Shown here: positions 49,942 to 63,900 of the stretch, piece by piece | Layout: each line of letters opens with the position of its first letter | Numbering within the stretch: position 1 is the stretch's first letter | From: Felis catus | Taxonomy: Eukaryota | Length of the DNA: 64,000 nt | Assembly (NCBI RefSeq): GCF_018350175.1 | Contig: NC_058383.1 | Span: 24,988,001 to 25,052,000, forward strand | Reading direction: 5' to 3' | Made by a program: the position numbers and the translations under genes | The notes under the pieces: model-generated | Database searches by the model: none | Seen by the model: the letters and a program-made list of their open reading frames with translations, nothing else | What the model was told of the DNA's origin: nothing

Positions 49942-51622
49942 TAGCTACCACCTGTCCCATTATATCACCATTACAGTATCATTGACTGTATTCCTTATGC
50001 TTTGCTTTTTATTCCCATGACTCAATTCACAGCTGGAGGCCTGTATCCCCCTCTCCCCTTCTTCCATTTTGTACCCCCCCTCGGCTGTCCAATAACCATC
50101 CTTTTATTCTCTATATTTATAGTTCTGATTCTGCTTATTTTCCTATTCATTTTTTTTTAGATTCCATTTATGAGTGGAATCATATGGTATTTGTCCTTCT
50201 GGGCATGACTTATTTCACTTAGTTTAATGCCCTCTGGGTCCTTCTATGTTGTCTCACATGGCATGATCTCATGCTTTTTAAAGCTGTATGATATTCCATC
50301 ATATACGTATACCACTTTTTCCTTATCCATTCATCTACTAATGGGCACTAAGATTGCTTCCATATCTTGGCTATTGTAAAAAGTGCTGCAATAAACATAA
50401 GGGTGTGTGTATCTTTTCTAGTTAGTGTTTTCCTGGTAAATATCAATAGTGGTAGTATTGGGCCATATGATATTTCTATTTTTAATTTTTTGTGTAAATA
50501 CCATACTGTTATCCCCAGTGGCTGTACCAATTTACATTCCCAACAACAGTGCACGAGGTTATTCTTTGCCCACATCCTCACCAACACTTGTTTTTTGTGT
50601 TCTTGATTTTAGCCATTCTAACAGGCATGAGGTGATATCACATTACAGTTTGATTTGCATTTCCCTGATGATGAGTGATGTTGAGCATCTTATCTTTGCA
50701 TATGTCTACTGGCCATCTGTATGACTTCTTTGGAAAAATGTCTTTTAGAAATGTCCATTTTTTAATTGGATTGTTTTTTGGTGTTGAGTTGTAGAAGTTC
50801 TTTTTATAGTTTAGATATTAACTCCTATCAGATATGTCATTTGCAAATACCTTCTCCCATTCAGTAGGTTGTGCTCTTTGCTGATGGTATCCTTTTCTGT
50901 GCAAAAGCTCTTTATGAGAGGTGAAAGACCTATATTCTGAAAACTATAAAACACTAATTAAATTGAAGATAACACAAATGGAATGATATTCCATGCTCCT
51001 GTATTCGAATAATTAGCATTGGTGTGATGTCCATATTACCCAAAACAGTCTATAGATTGAATGCAATCCCTATCTCAATAACAAAAGTATTTTTTTTTTT
51101 TGCAAAACTAGAATAATCCTAAAATATGTATGGAACAACCAAAGACCTGAAATACACAAAGCAATAATGAGAAAGAAAAACAAAGCTGGAAATAGCACAA
51201 TCTCAGATTTGAAGATACACTATAAAGCTGTAGTAATCAAAACAGCATGGCACTAGATCAAAAACAGATACATAGATCAGTGGAACAGGATAGAGACTCT
51301 GGAAATAAACCCACATATAGATGATCAGTTCATCTATAGCAAAGGAGACAAGGATATACAATAGGGAAAAGACAGTCTTTTCAATATATTCTGCTGGGAA
51401 AACTAGATAGCTACATATAAAAGAATTAAACTGGATTCTTTCTAACACTATACACAAAAATTAACTCAAAATTGATTAAAGCCCTAAATCCATACAAAAC
51501 CTAGAAGTAAATAGTCAGTAATTCTCTGACATCAGTTACAGCAACATTTTTCTAGATACGTCTCCTAAGGAAAAGGAATAAAAAGCAGAAATAAACTATT
51601 GGGAATTCATCAAAATAAACAG
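49942..51622 (-). mobile_element. 5'-inverted (twin-primed) L1 fragment
   Basis: 49942-50913 is the L1 3' end on minus; 50915-51622 is the adjacent upstream ORF2 segment on plus. Confidence 0.85.
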
Positions 51623-54600
51623 ACCCCAAGTATTTTATGTGCATAAGACTAAAGCTGAATTTCGAGTCAGAGTTAAAGCATTTCCTAAAATGACTGAGGA
51701 CCCCTATATGTTTGCTGAAGAATTTAACATATTCATTCCAACTTACCAACCTGGTTTCTCAGATTTTTAACATTGGTTCACATGCTTGTTACTGAGAGCT
51801 AGGCCAAATATAGCAAGAAACTCACCCACTGAGAACATCCTGAACAAGATTTAGAGAAACAGAGAAACTTCTTTGGGTGGGGCCAAGACAGCAGAGCAGC
51901 ATGGAAGTTCTCAGCTTCTCTCATCCCTGAAATGCATCTAGATCAGCACCAAACCATTGTGCACACCTAGCAAATTGATCTGAGGATGAATACAACAATG
52001 TGCATAATTTGAGCCACAGAATTTGGCAGATATGCAGTACAGAGAGGTGAAGTGGGGGAGAGAGAAGCTGTGGAGGGTAGGGAGCTATTTGGGGGGAGAG
52101 AGGACAGAAAAACTGGGGGAGAGTGTGGTGCACTGGGAAAGTACAGGAAAAACACTCCCCCAAAAGCAGTTGGAGAGAAAGAGTGGAAACACCCATGAGG
52201 GACTGAATAAGAAATCTGTTCCCCAAAACCATTGATAGAGAGAAAGGAAAGGGTTTCAATCCCATTAGGATTCTATAAATAGGGGAGCACAGAGCTGGAA
52301 ATTCCAGATCTCAATACCTGGTGATGCTCTGGTGGGAAAGGTGAATCCCCATGAGCAGACAGAGAGGTCTGAGGGGTCTGTGGGCCACATGGGGAGAAGA
52401 GGTTCCCCTGCTTGGAGGGCATTTGGTAGAGACCATACAGCTTCCTCAAAGGCAAAGGTCTCAGCAGACCCCAGAGAGCAGCCATGTTTGCTGGTATTAG
52501 AACAAAGATGCCAGAGTGCAGTGAAACCTGGTGCCACCTATGTGTTGTGATTTGCCATAATCTCTGAACCTTTGCCACTGCAAGGATCACATGAACATTT
52601 TCTGGGGCAAGCTAGCACCTGGCCAGTGCTCAGCGAGACCCTTCCCCAGATGGTCAGAGCAGGTCCAAGCTGCTGAGTTCTCAGAAGTGAGGGGTTTGAA
52701 AACACAGCCCCATCTGAGATAAAATTCAAGAGGGAGGTGCCACCTGGCAGACCGGCAGCTTGGACACGGACAGTGTAGAAGCAGGGAGTGGATAGAGGCC
52801 TGAGACAAAGGAGGGCATGCTTGAATATGGGTGGGTGAGAACACAGAGTTCCTGTGCCAGAAACTAGGAAGCTGAGTAATGCCACTCTCACCACTCCCAC
52901 GCATGTGCATACATGCGCTCACAACAATCCACCCAAGTAAGTTAAACAGCACCACCTAGTGGAGAATGGAGCCATTATAACAAGCCCTTCCCAACTGTAC
53001 CCTCTAAGCACATGCCCTAGAGAACTACCACAAATCTCTCTGCCTGCTTTAAAGAGTATGGACTATAGATTGCTTCATAGTTTGAGTTCTAGGGGAAACC
53101 GGATGTAACTTGATTAGGATTTCATTCTGTGTGCTGGTTCATCTATTTGATTTTTTTTTTCTTTTTCTTCTTTCTTTTCTTTTTCTTGCATACACGAAGG
53201 AAAAAAATTATTTTTATTTTCCTTTTAAAAAAACTAATTCTTTTTACGTTTTTTAATTTTTTTGTAAATATCTTTATTCTCTTTCATTTTCTTCATTTTA
53301 TTCTACTTTATTGTATACATTTGTTTTTAATTTTTAAGCTTTTTCTTACCTTTTTTATTTTTTTTATTCTTTTCATTTATTTCCCTTTTTCTCTATTATA
53401 TAAAGCTTCTTTCAACCACCAGACCAAAACACACCTAGGATATAGCTACCTTTACTTGATTTTTCTGTGTTGTTTTAAATTTTTAAATTTATTATTTTTT
53501 TTCCTTCCTCCAAAATGACAAAGTGAAGGAATTCAACCCAAAAGAAAGAACAGGAAAAAATAACAGCCAGGGGCTTAGTCAACACAGATACGGCAAGATG
53601 TCTGAACTAGAATTCAGAACCACGATAGTAAGAATACCAGCACGGGTTGAGAAAAGAATAGAATCCCTTTCCCTTCCTGCAGAGATAAAGAAAGTAAAAT
53701 CTAATTAGGACGAAGTTAAAACTACTATAACTGACATGCAATCTTAAATGGATGCCATGGCAGAAAAAAATGGACAAAGCAGAGCAGTAAATCAGCAATA
53801 TATCAGCAAAATTTTTGGAGAATAATTAAGCAGAAAAAATAGGGAAACAAAGGCAGAAGAGCACAATATAAGAAGTAGAGAACTCGGTGACTTAAAAAAA
53901 AAAAGAATAACATCTGAATCAAGGAGTCCCAGAAGATGAAGAGAGAGAAAAAAGGGCAGAAGGTTTATGTGAGCAAATTATAGTGGAATACTTTCCTAAC
54001 CTGGGGAAAGACACAGACATCAAAACCCAAGAAGCAAAGAAAACTCCCATTAGATTCAACAAAGACCGACCATCAACAAGGCATATCATGGCCAAATTCA
54101 GAAAATACACAGGAAAGGAAGAAGTATGAAAGCAACAAGGGAAAAAAGCCCTTAACCTACAAAGGAAGAAAGATCAGGTTGGCAGCAGACCTATACACAG
54201 AAACTTGGCAGGCCAGAAAAGAGTGGCAGAATATAATCAATGTGAACTGAAAAAATATGCAGCCAAGAATTCTTTATCCAGCAAGGCTGTCATTCAAAAT
54301 AAAGGAGAAATAGCATTTCCCAGACAAACAAAAACTAAAGGAGTTTGTGACCACTAAACCAGCCTTGCAAGAAATATTAATTTAAGGGGGACTCTCTGAG
54401 GGGAGAAAAGGTGAAACAAAACAAAAAGACCAAAAGCAACAAAGACAAGAAAGGACCAGAGAACACCACCAGACACTCCAACTCTACAGGCAACACAATG
54501 GCATTAAATTCATATATTTTAGTACTCACTCTAAATGTCAATGGACTAAATGCTCCAATCAAAAGACGTAGGGTATAAGAATGGATAAGAAAACAAGATC

Positions 54601-56864
54601 CATCTATATGGTGTTTAAAAGAGACCCATTTTACACCTAAAGACACCTCAGATTGAAAGTAAGGGAAGGGAGAATGATCTATCATGCTAATGGTCACCAA
54701 AAGAAAGCCAGAGTAGCCATACTGATATCAGACAAACTATATTTTAAAATAAAGACTGTAGCAAGAGATGAAGAAGGGCATTATACCATAATTAACGGGT
54801 TTACCCACCAAGAAGAACTCGCAAATGTAAACATATATGCCCCCAACATGAAACACCCAAATACATAAATCAATAAATCACAAACATAAGAAATTCTTTG
54901 AAAATAATACCATGATAGTAGGGGACTTCAACACCCCACTTACAGCAATGGGCAGATAATCTAAACAGAAAACCAACAAGGAAATAGTGCCTGTGAATGA
55001 CGCACTGGACCAGATGGACTTAACAGATATATTCAGAACATTTCTTCCTAAAGCAGAAGAATATACATTCTTCTTGAGTGCATATGGAACATTCTCCAGA
55101 ACAGAACACATACTGAGTCACAAATAAGCCCTCAATAAATACAAAATGATCAAGATCATAGTGTGCATAATTTCAGATCACAATGCTATGAATCTCAAAA
55201 TCAACCACAAGATAAAATTTGGAAAGACCACAAATACTTAGATTAAAGAACATCCTACTAAAGAATGAATGGGCTAACCAAGAAATTAAAAAGGAAATTA
55301 AAAAGCACATGGAAGCCAATGAAAATGATAACACGACAGCCCAAAACCTCTGGGATGTAGCTAAAGCAGTCATAAAAGTATATAGCAATCCAGGCCTTCC
55401 TAAAGAAGGAAGAAAGGTCTTGAATATACCACCTAACCTTACACCTTAAAGACCTGGAGAAAGAACAGAAAATAAAGCCCAAAACAGGCAGAAGAAGGGA
55501 AATAATAAAGATTAGAGCAGACATCAATGATATCAAAATCAAGAAAACAGAACAGATCAATGAAACCAGGAACTGGTTCTTTGAAAGAATTAACAAAATT
55601 GATAAACCCCTAGCCAGATCGATGAAAAAGAAAAAAGGAAAGGACCCAAATAAATAAAATCAAGAATGAAAGAGGAGAGATCACCACCAACACTGCAGAA
55701 ATAAAAAAAAACAATCTTAAGAGAATCTTATGAGCAATTATATGCCATTTAATTGGGCAATCTGGAAGAAATGGAGAAATTCCTAGAAACATATAAGCTA
55801 CCAAAAGTGCAGGAAGAAACAGAAAATTTGAACAGACCCATCACCAGTGAAGAAAGTGGATTATTAAAAAAAAAAAAAAAAAGAGAGAGAGAGAGAGTCC
55901 AGGGCTGGATGGCTTTCCAGGGGAACTGTATCAAATATTTAAATAAGGGTTAACACCTATTTTTTGAAGCTTTTCCAAAAAGTAGAAATGGAAGGCAAGC
56001 TACCAAACTCATTCTACGAGGTCAGCATTACCGTGATTCCGAAACCAGACAAAGATCCGACTTAAAAGGAGAACTACAGACCAATTTCCCTGATGAACAT
56101 GGATGCAAAAATTCTCAACAAGATACTAGCCAACCAGATCCAACAATACATTAAAAGAATTATTCACCACGATCCCGTGGGATTTATACCTGGGATGCAG
56201 GGTTCAACATCTGCAAATCAATCTATGTGATACATCACATTAATAAAACAAAGAATAAGAACATGATCCTGTCAATAGATGCAGAGAAAGCATCTGACAA
56301 AATACAGCATCCTTTCTTGATAAAAACCCTCAAGAAAGAAGGGATAGAAGGATCATACCTCAAGATCATAAAAGCAAGACACAAAAGACCCACTTATAAA
56401 TATCATCCTCAATGAGGAAAAACTGAGGCCTTTCCCCATAAGGTCAGGAACATGACAAGGATGTCCACGCTCACCACTGTTATTCAGCATAGTGTTGGAA
56501 ATCCTAGCCTCAGCAATCAGACAACACAAAGAAATAAAAGGCATCCAAATCAGCAAGGAGGAAGTTAAAATTTCAGTCTTTTCAGTCGATATGATACTCT
56601 ATGTGGAAAATCCAAAAGATTCCACCAAAAAAACTGCTAGAACTGATCCATGAATTCAGCAAAGTCATAGGATATAAAATCAATGCACAGAAATCAGTTG
56701 GATTTCTATACACCAATAATGAAGCAACAGAAAGAGAAATCAAGGAACCGATCCCATTTACAATTGCACCAAAAACCATTAAATCCCTAGGGATAAACCT
56801 AACCAAAAGTGTGAAAAACCTGTACACTGAAAACTATAGAAAGCTTATGAAAGAAATTAAAGAA

Positions 56865-56865
<1 letters not shown>

Positions 56866-56897
<32 letters not shown>
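56866..56897. repeat. (CA)n microsatellite within L1 ORF2
   Basis: Read directly. Confidence 0.95.
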
Positions 56898-56903
<6 letters not shown>

Positions 56904-58160
56904 AAAAATATTCCATGCTCATGGATTAGAAGAGTAAATATTTTTAAAATGTTGATATTACCCAAAGAAATATATTCAATGCAATCCCTATCAAAATAAC
57001 ACCAGCATTCTTAACAGAGCTAGAACAAACAATCCTACAATTTGTATGGAATCAGAAAACACCCCAAATAGCCAAAGCAAACCTGAAAAAAAAAAAAAAA
57101 CAAGAGTGGAGGTACCACAATTCTGGACTTCAAGATATATTACAAAGCTGTAATCATCAAGACAGGATGGTACTGGCACACAAGCAGACACAAAGATCAA
57201 TGGAACAGAATGGAGAACCCAGAAATGGACCCACAAACATATGGCCAACTAATCTTTGGCAAAGCAGGAAAGAGTATCCAACAGAAAAAAGTCTCTTCAG
57301 TAAATGGTGTTGAGAAAATTGGACAGCAACATGCAAAAGATGAAACTGGACCACTTTCTTACACCACAGAAAAAAAATAAACTCAAAATGGATGAAAGAC
57401 GTAAATGTAAGACAGGAAGCCATCAAAATCCTAGAAGAGAAAGCAGTCAAAAACCTCTTTGACCTTGGCCACAGCAACTTCTTACTTGACATATCGCTGG
57501 AGGCAAGGGAAACAAAACCAAAAATGAGCTACTGGGACCTCAGCAAGATAAAAACCTTCTACATGGCTAAGGAAACAATCAGCAAAACTAAAAGGCAACT
57601 GATGAATGGGAGAAGATATTTGCAAATGACATATCAGATAAAGGGTTAGTATCCAATATCCATAAAGAACTTATCAAACTCAACACCCAAATAACAATCC
57701 ATTGAAGAAATGGGCAAAAGACATGAATAGACACTTTTCCAAAGAAGACATCCACATGGCTAACAGACACATGAAAAAAGGCTCAACATCACTCATCATC
57801 AGTGAAATACAAATCAAAACCACAATGAGATACCCCCTCACACCTATCAAAATGGCTAAAATTAACTCAGGCAATAACAGATATTGGCAAGTATGTGGAG
57901 AAAAGGGAACCCCTTTGCACTGCTGGTGGGAATGCAAACTGGTGCAGCCACTCTGGAAAACAGTATGGACGTTCCTCAACAAATTAAAAATAGAACTGCC
58001 CTATGACCCAGCAATTCCACTACTAGGTATTTATTTAAAGGATACAGGTGTGCTGTTTTCAAGGGCACATGCACCCCAATGTTCATAGAAGCATCAACAA
58101 TAGCCAAGGTATGGAAAGAGCCCAAAAGTCCATTAACCAATGAATGGATAAAGAAGATGT

Positions 58161-58162
<2 letters not shown>

Positions 58163-58250
<88 letters not shown>
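58163..58250. repeat. (TA)n(CA)n microsatellite within an L1
   Basis: Read directly. Confidence 0.95.
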
Positions 58251-58252
<2 letters not shown>

Positions 58253-58856
58253 GGAATATTACTTGGTGATCAAAAAGAATGAAATCTTACCATTTGAAAC
58301 AATGTGGATAGAACTATAGTGTATTATGCTAAGTGAAATTAGTCAGAGAAAGACAAATATCATATGTCTTCACTCATATGGAATTTAAGATACAAAACAG
58401 ATGAACATAAGGGAAAAGAAGCAAAAATAATATAAAAACAGTGAGGGGGACAAACCATAAGAGACTCTTAAATACAGAGAAGAAACTGAGGGTTGCTGAA
58501 GGGATTTTAGATTGGGGGATGGGCTAAATGGGCAAGGAGCATTAAGGAGGACACATGTTGGGATGATCAGTGGGTGTTATATGCAGGGGATGAATCACTG
58601 GATTCTATTCCAGAAATCATTATTGCACCATATGCTAACTTGGATGTAAATTAAAAAAACAAAAAACAAAAGAAACTCCCTTCCCTCCCTGTACCACCGT
58701 CAACATTGACAATGTCATGCTGCTTTGATACAAGTAGAGAAAAATAAATACCAGTCAAGGCCAGGAAGGAAAAAAAAAAAAAAGATTTAGAGAAACAGGA
58801 CTGCTATCTTTTGGCAAGATCCTCAAAAACTTGCTGGAATTCTTTGCTGAGCAATG

Positions 58857-59060
58857 TTTTTATTAATTTTTAAAATTTTTTTATTTGAGAGAGAGAGTGT
58901 GTGACTGAAGGAGGGCAAGAGAGAGAGGGAGACAGAGAATCCCAAGCAGACTCTGTGCTCTCAGCACAGGGCTCAATGTGGGGCTTGATCCCACAAACGT
59001 GAGATGACCTGAACCAAAATCAAGAGTTGGACGCTTAACCGACAGCCACCTGGATGCCCC
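58857..59060 (-). mobile_element. Can-SINE inside ERV gag
   Basis: Reverse-complement body. Confidence 0.88.
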
Positions 59061-60953
59061 TCCAATGAGTAATTTTAATGGTTTTTCCTAAGCCTGAAGG
59101 TTGGAACAAAATTCAGTCTTATACAAAAAAAGCCTCATGAATATGTTCATGATTATCACTTTTGACTCCAAATTGTCTTTAATGCAAACTCTGCTCCTCC
59201 TTTAGATCTATGTTTACTAATGTGCTAGTCTGGGATCTTTCCCTTTTAGTTAAAAGGACCAAGATGGAATGGGAAACTATATCCACTCCAGGTTTAATTA
59301 ACCTCAACAACCAGTTTGCTCAGACGCTAGATGAGTCACCTAGTGGAAAGACTGTTAAATTTTCAATGCTCAACTCCAGCACATAAAGACCCCCTAAAAC
59401 TAGAAGCCTAGTTCCTGCTGTTACCGCAAGAACTAGGACATTGCAAAAAAGATGGTTATAAATTTAAGAGCTTCAAGGCCCTTCAGCCCTCTTGCCAACC
59501 TTTGCAATGTACTCCCAATTCCCAATGGTGGGATTCCAAGGAACAACTGAGCACTTCCCAAGCCTCCCTCTTAATCTGTTTGGAGAAACTACTCTCCAGA
59601 TTGGGAATGAATATATCTCTGTCTTTACTGAAGCTGGAACTAACCCCAGGGCTATAAAGCAGCCCCAGCTTCAGAGTACAAAAAGAGTTCAATCAGTGGG
59701 TATCTATTAAATCTCAACAGGTTCCTATCTATGAACCTATTCCCTTTGATCCAGGCCCTCTGAGAGACACACACCCTATTCTTCTTAGTTCTTTGGCCAC
59801 TATTTATTAACTGGACAGAGATTTCTTAGAAAAATATCATGCTGGAACTTCTTTTGCCCAAAAGGGAAAAATAATTCTAGAATGTGACAACAGTAACCAA
59901 AATAGCAAAAAGGGGAAATAAATGATCTTTTGGCAGCTTTTCTATGCCTTGTCTCTGTTGGCACTATAGTTGAGTCTGGAGGTACTGATCATTTATTCCT
60001 ATTGGATCAGCTACCATCCTCTTTATGGGCAAAATCTTCAACTGATCTTGGCAGAATCCACAGTGTACCTCCCATCAAGATTCAAATCAATCCTGAAAAA
60101 CTTCTCCCTAGAATTAATCAATATCCCATAAATTAAGAAGGGCTTGAAGGCATCAACACCATGATAGAATGTTACAAGGCTCATGGCCTCATCATCCCCT
60201 TCAGTAGTCCATGTAATACCTCTGTAATACCTGTGAGAAAATTCAACTGCTGAGGATAGTACTTTGTCCAGGACCTCCAAGCAATAAATAGCACTGTTAT
60301 CCCTCGATATCCCCTTCTTCCCAAACCTTCTACTCTACCAACATCCACTCCCACTGAAAACAAAGTTTTCACTGTACTTGATATATGTGGTATAGTTTTT
60401 AGCATTCCAGGTGATAAGTATAGCCAGTATCTTTTTGCCTTCACTTGTAGAGAATGACAATACACCTGGACTGTAACCTCCCTGGGATTCACAGAGTGCT
60501 TCATATTTCTCACAAGCCTTTAAGGTTTGGATGATGTACAGTGTTCTGCAGGCTGTACTTTGTTACAATGTGCAGATGATTTCCTTCTTTGCTCCCCTCC
60601 TCATGCCTCTTCACAGGAAGACAGCATCCACCTGTGAAAACTTTTGGCTGTCAAAGGCCCATAAAATCTCCAGAAAAATTGCAGGTTGCTCAAACTCAGG
60701 TCAGTTATTTAGCTCACCTGTTCTCAGAACAAGGCCCACATCCAGATCCAGGCAGATCAAGGCATCCTCAGTTTCTCACCACCTAAAGCGAAGGGCCAAT
60801 TACAAAGCTTTCTTGGACTGTCTACTGTCAAAACTGGATTCCAAACTTCTCTCTTAAAGCTAAGCCTCTATATGCTTTACTAAAACAATACAATCCTAAC
60901 CCTACTATTCAGAAAGAGGGGGATGACACAGCCTCTAAAACATTATACCTGTA

Positions 60954-63900
60954 ATTTCTGTTCTGCGGGCCATTTGTATACAAGAGAGCCATGTTTACCC
61001 ACAATCGCCTTGCATGTCCTATCACATGGACTGTCCTTCATCACCAGCCATGGGCTGTGGGCCACCTCCCCCTCCTCCACCAGCTCCTCCACCTACTCCA
61101 CTTGGTAAGATGACCTGAGCTGGATGAGTGACTGGTAAAACACATGCATCTTCTTCATGAAACACTTGGTGGGAATGATGTAATGATGGTTCTGAGTCTT
61201 GGCAACCCACCTGCAAACCTGGCTAAGGACACTGTACCATATCTCAAGTTTCTCAGGACTTATATACAATGGGCTGTGTCATTTCCCTGTAATGAGGTGA
61301 GCTATACGTTTCTCTTGTCAAAAAGAAAGAGGATGTTTACACAAAGGCAGAGGTATCAGAGGTACTAGTGCGGATTTTACAGACACAATGTTGTGGGTTC
61401 TGTGAAGGATGAGGTGCACCTTTAAATTTAGGTGCCTCAGGCGTCCTGTGTGAAATGGGGCACATGCATTATATGACACAGACCTTGTGATCACCATAAT
61501 GGAAGCACCAGTGAAGGAAAGGGGGAAACCTGAATCACACAGGAATAAAAGGGAAGTGAGGACAGTAAGCAGAGTCTGAGGAGGTGCAGAGGGTGCTGGG
61601 GTCAGTGAGACGCAGTTGCAGGCCATTCCTGGTCACAGCCTCAGCAGGGAGCATGAGGTCGACACAGAGCTGCTATGTGGGATCACTCTCAGTGCACAAG
61701 GCTGTGTTCACCTATGAAATGTCACTTTTGTCAAAGTGCACCTAGGTAATCACCTAAAAAGGTTATTGTCTCCTTGGGTTTTCTGAAGGATCTGGATATT
61801 TGTGAAAAAAAAGTCCTGGAGATATGGGAAATTTAACTTGGTCTTATGGAAATGCTTGTCTGCCCAAGTTCATATCCCTCAGTGACACTGAAAGTGGAGA
61901 AGATCTAGATCAGCTGAGTGCCTGCACTGGCCTTCACCCTGGGTCAACCTACAGTTGAGGGTTGGCCAGAAGCCGCCCCTGTTGGACCCCTGCCATCACC
62001 CGGACTACAGCTTTCCATTTCCTCAAATTTCTCTCACAATATTCTGAGGCTTTGCCTGTGTTCTTGCTGGCTCAGCCCTAATACCAGTTCTCAGTGGGAC
62101 CTACACAGAACCTCAGCTGTGTCATCTGTGAAAAAATATTTGTTTTGAACAACATGATGAGAAGAAGACATTAAATACATAAAGCATCTGCAAAATGTCT
62201 GGGAAGTGTCCACTCACCCTTCTCACAGTTTCAATTAAGATGATATCTCCACACAACGATCATCAAAAAAAAGATGTTCATGGAAATTCATTAAATGAAG
62301 ACTGTTAACACCTCAGCCCAGGGACTTCTATTAAAATCCAGGACCTACCAAAGAAAAGAAAATTATGAGAATGTGTATATTCAGAGATCTACATCTGAGA
62401 TCTGAAGACAATCATTTTCCATTACATATAGACTCACACATGCAGCCTCACACTCAAATGTTCATCTGAGGCCACAGATGAACTACAGAAGACAGAACGC
62501 ATGTAGGAAAACATAAGACTATAGGGAATTACACCAAAATCTCTTAAATCTCACTGCCTTATGGGACAACTATTTTGAAATTTGAAGAGGACTGTGCAAG
62601 GTGACAGACTATGGTGATTATATACTTAAAAAGGGTGTCAGATCTGCCTGAATGCTTTCCCTGCCCATCCTGCCCCCTCCACTTTGTCCTTCCGAGTGTC
62701 CCCTAATACACCTTTCACCGTTCTGTCTCTGTCAGCATCCGCTTCTAGGAGAACCTACTGTCACTCTCCATCAGTGCACACAGTGGGGTTCTTGTACACA
62801 CAGGTAACAAACTGGCAAAAATGGCAGTGATGGTGGATAGTAGCAAGATCACCCTTTGTGTGGGGAGCCCGAGAGAGTTTTCTGGGGTGGTGGGAACCTC
62901 CTACATCTAGATTTATGGAGGTGCTTATGCTCATTTATTGTGGAAATATGTACTGACTCCCTGGTGCCTCATGGTCAAATAGACAGGTATCTTTCCCTAG
63001 CATATGGCTGATTTCTAATGGTGGGTAAGGATGAGGGACCAGCAGTGACTGTGGGAGAGGAGTGAGGAGGCCACACATGGAGTCGGACCCTCGCCCAGGC
63101 TGCCAGCTCTCCCCATACAGCACCATGTGTAGGAGGGCTCTGAAGAGCAGAGATTTCTTGATCAGTCCCGTGAACTCCATAATCCTCCTGCGGATTCCTC
63201 ACTGAGGGATGGCCAGGGCAGAGGCCAGCAGCTGGAGGACACCCTGATCATGGCTGGAATGGAGCAGTGGACCTGGGGGATTGAGTCATGGAAAAGGAAA
63301 GGCAGAAGGTAGAGACAGGGAGTTTGAGAGACAAAGAAGAGAAGAGAAGGGAACTTTTATACCGACTTCAGCTACATTTCTGTGTGAACAAAAGGGGATT
63401 CCTGTCTCCAAGGGTGGGGAAGAGGACTGGCAAAAAGAGAGAGTGACATTCTCAGCTCAAGTGCCCAGGATATCTGCCTTGCTCTTGAATACCTAACACA
63501 GGAAGCCCGTGCTTTCTGTCATCATTGGAACTGCAGCTCGTACCATTTAGTGAAAATCCAATTATGAAGCCCTCATCATTAAAGTAGTGCAACAAAATTA
63601 CGTGAAGAGACACAGAGATACAATACAAGATAAAGCCCAACAGTAGACCGAAGGCAGTACTTACAGGAATATAGACTATCAGAAAAGGAGGTATCCCAAA
63701 GCAGGCATTCAGACACCTGGGCAATACCTGAAAACATAAAAAAATGTAGTCGTTTCCTCAAAATAAACATTAACGTTGGACACAAAGGAATCCAAAGGAG
63801 TTTGTACTACTAAATCAGTAGTGATTTAAGGATTAGAGAGATTTCATGGTGCTATACCCATGAGATCAAGTCTCGTCAAATTATACCCTTTAATTTGAAG

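Larger units (their letters stand above)
51863..58781 (+). mobile_element. Full-length disrupted L1 with 3' transduction
   Basis: 5' UTR from ~51875, ORF1 from ~53515, ORF2 fragments; TSD aagatttagagaaacag at 51846-51862 and 58782-58798. Confidence 0.95.
51623..60950 (+). mobile_element. ERV1-class gag-pro-pol remnant interrupted by an L1 (51863-58781) and a SINE
   Basis: gag FPKMTEDPYMFAEEFN before the L1; pol LWAKSSTDLGRIHSVPPIKI..QYP, VQDLQAIN, FTVLD, YLFAFT, QYTWT and QCADDFLL (degenerate YVDD) after it. Confidence 0.88.
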
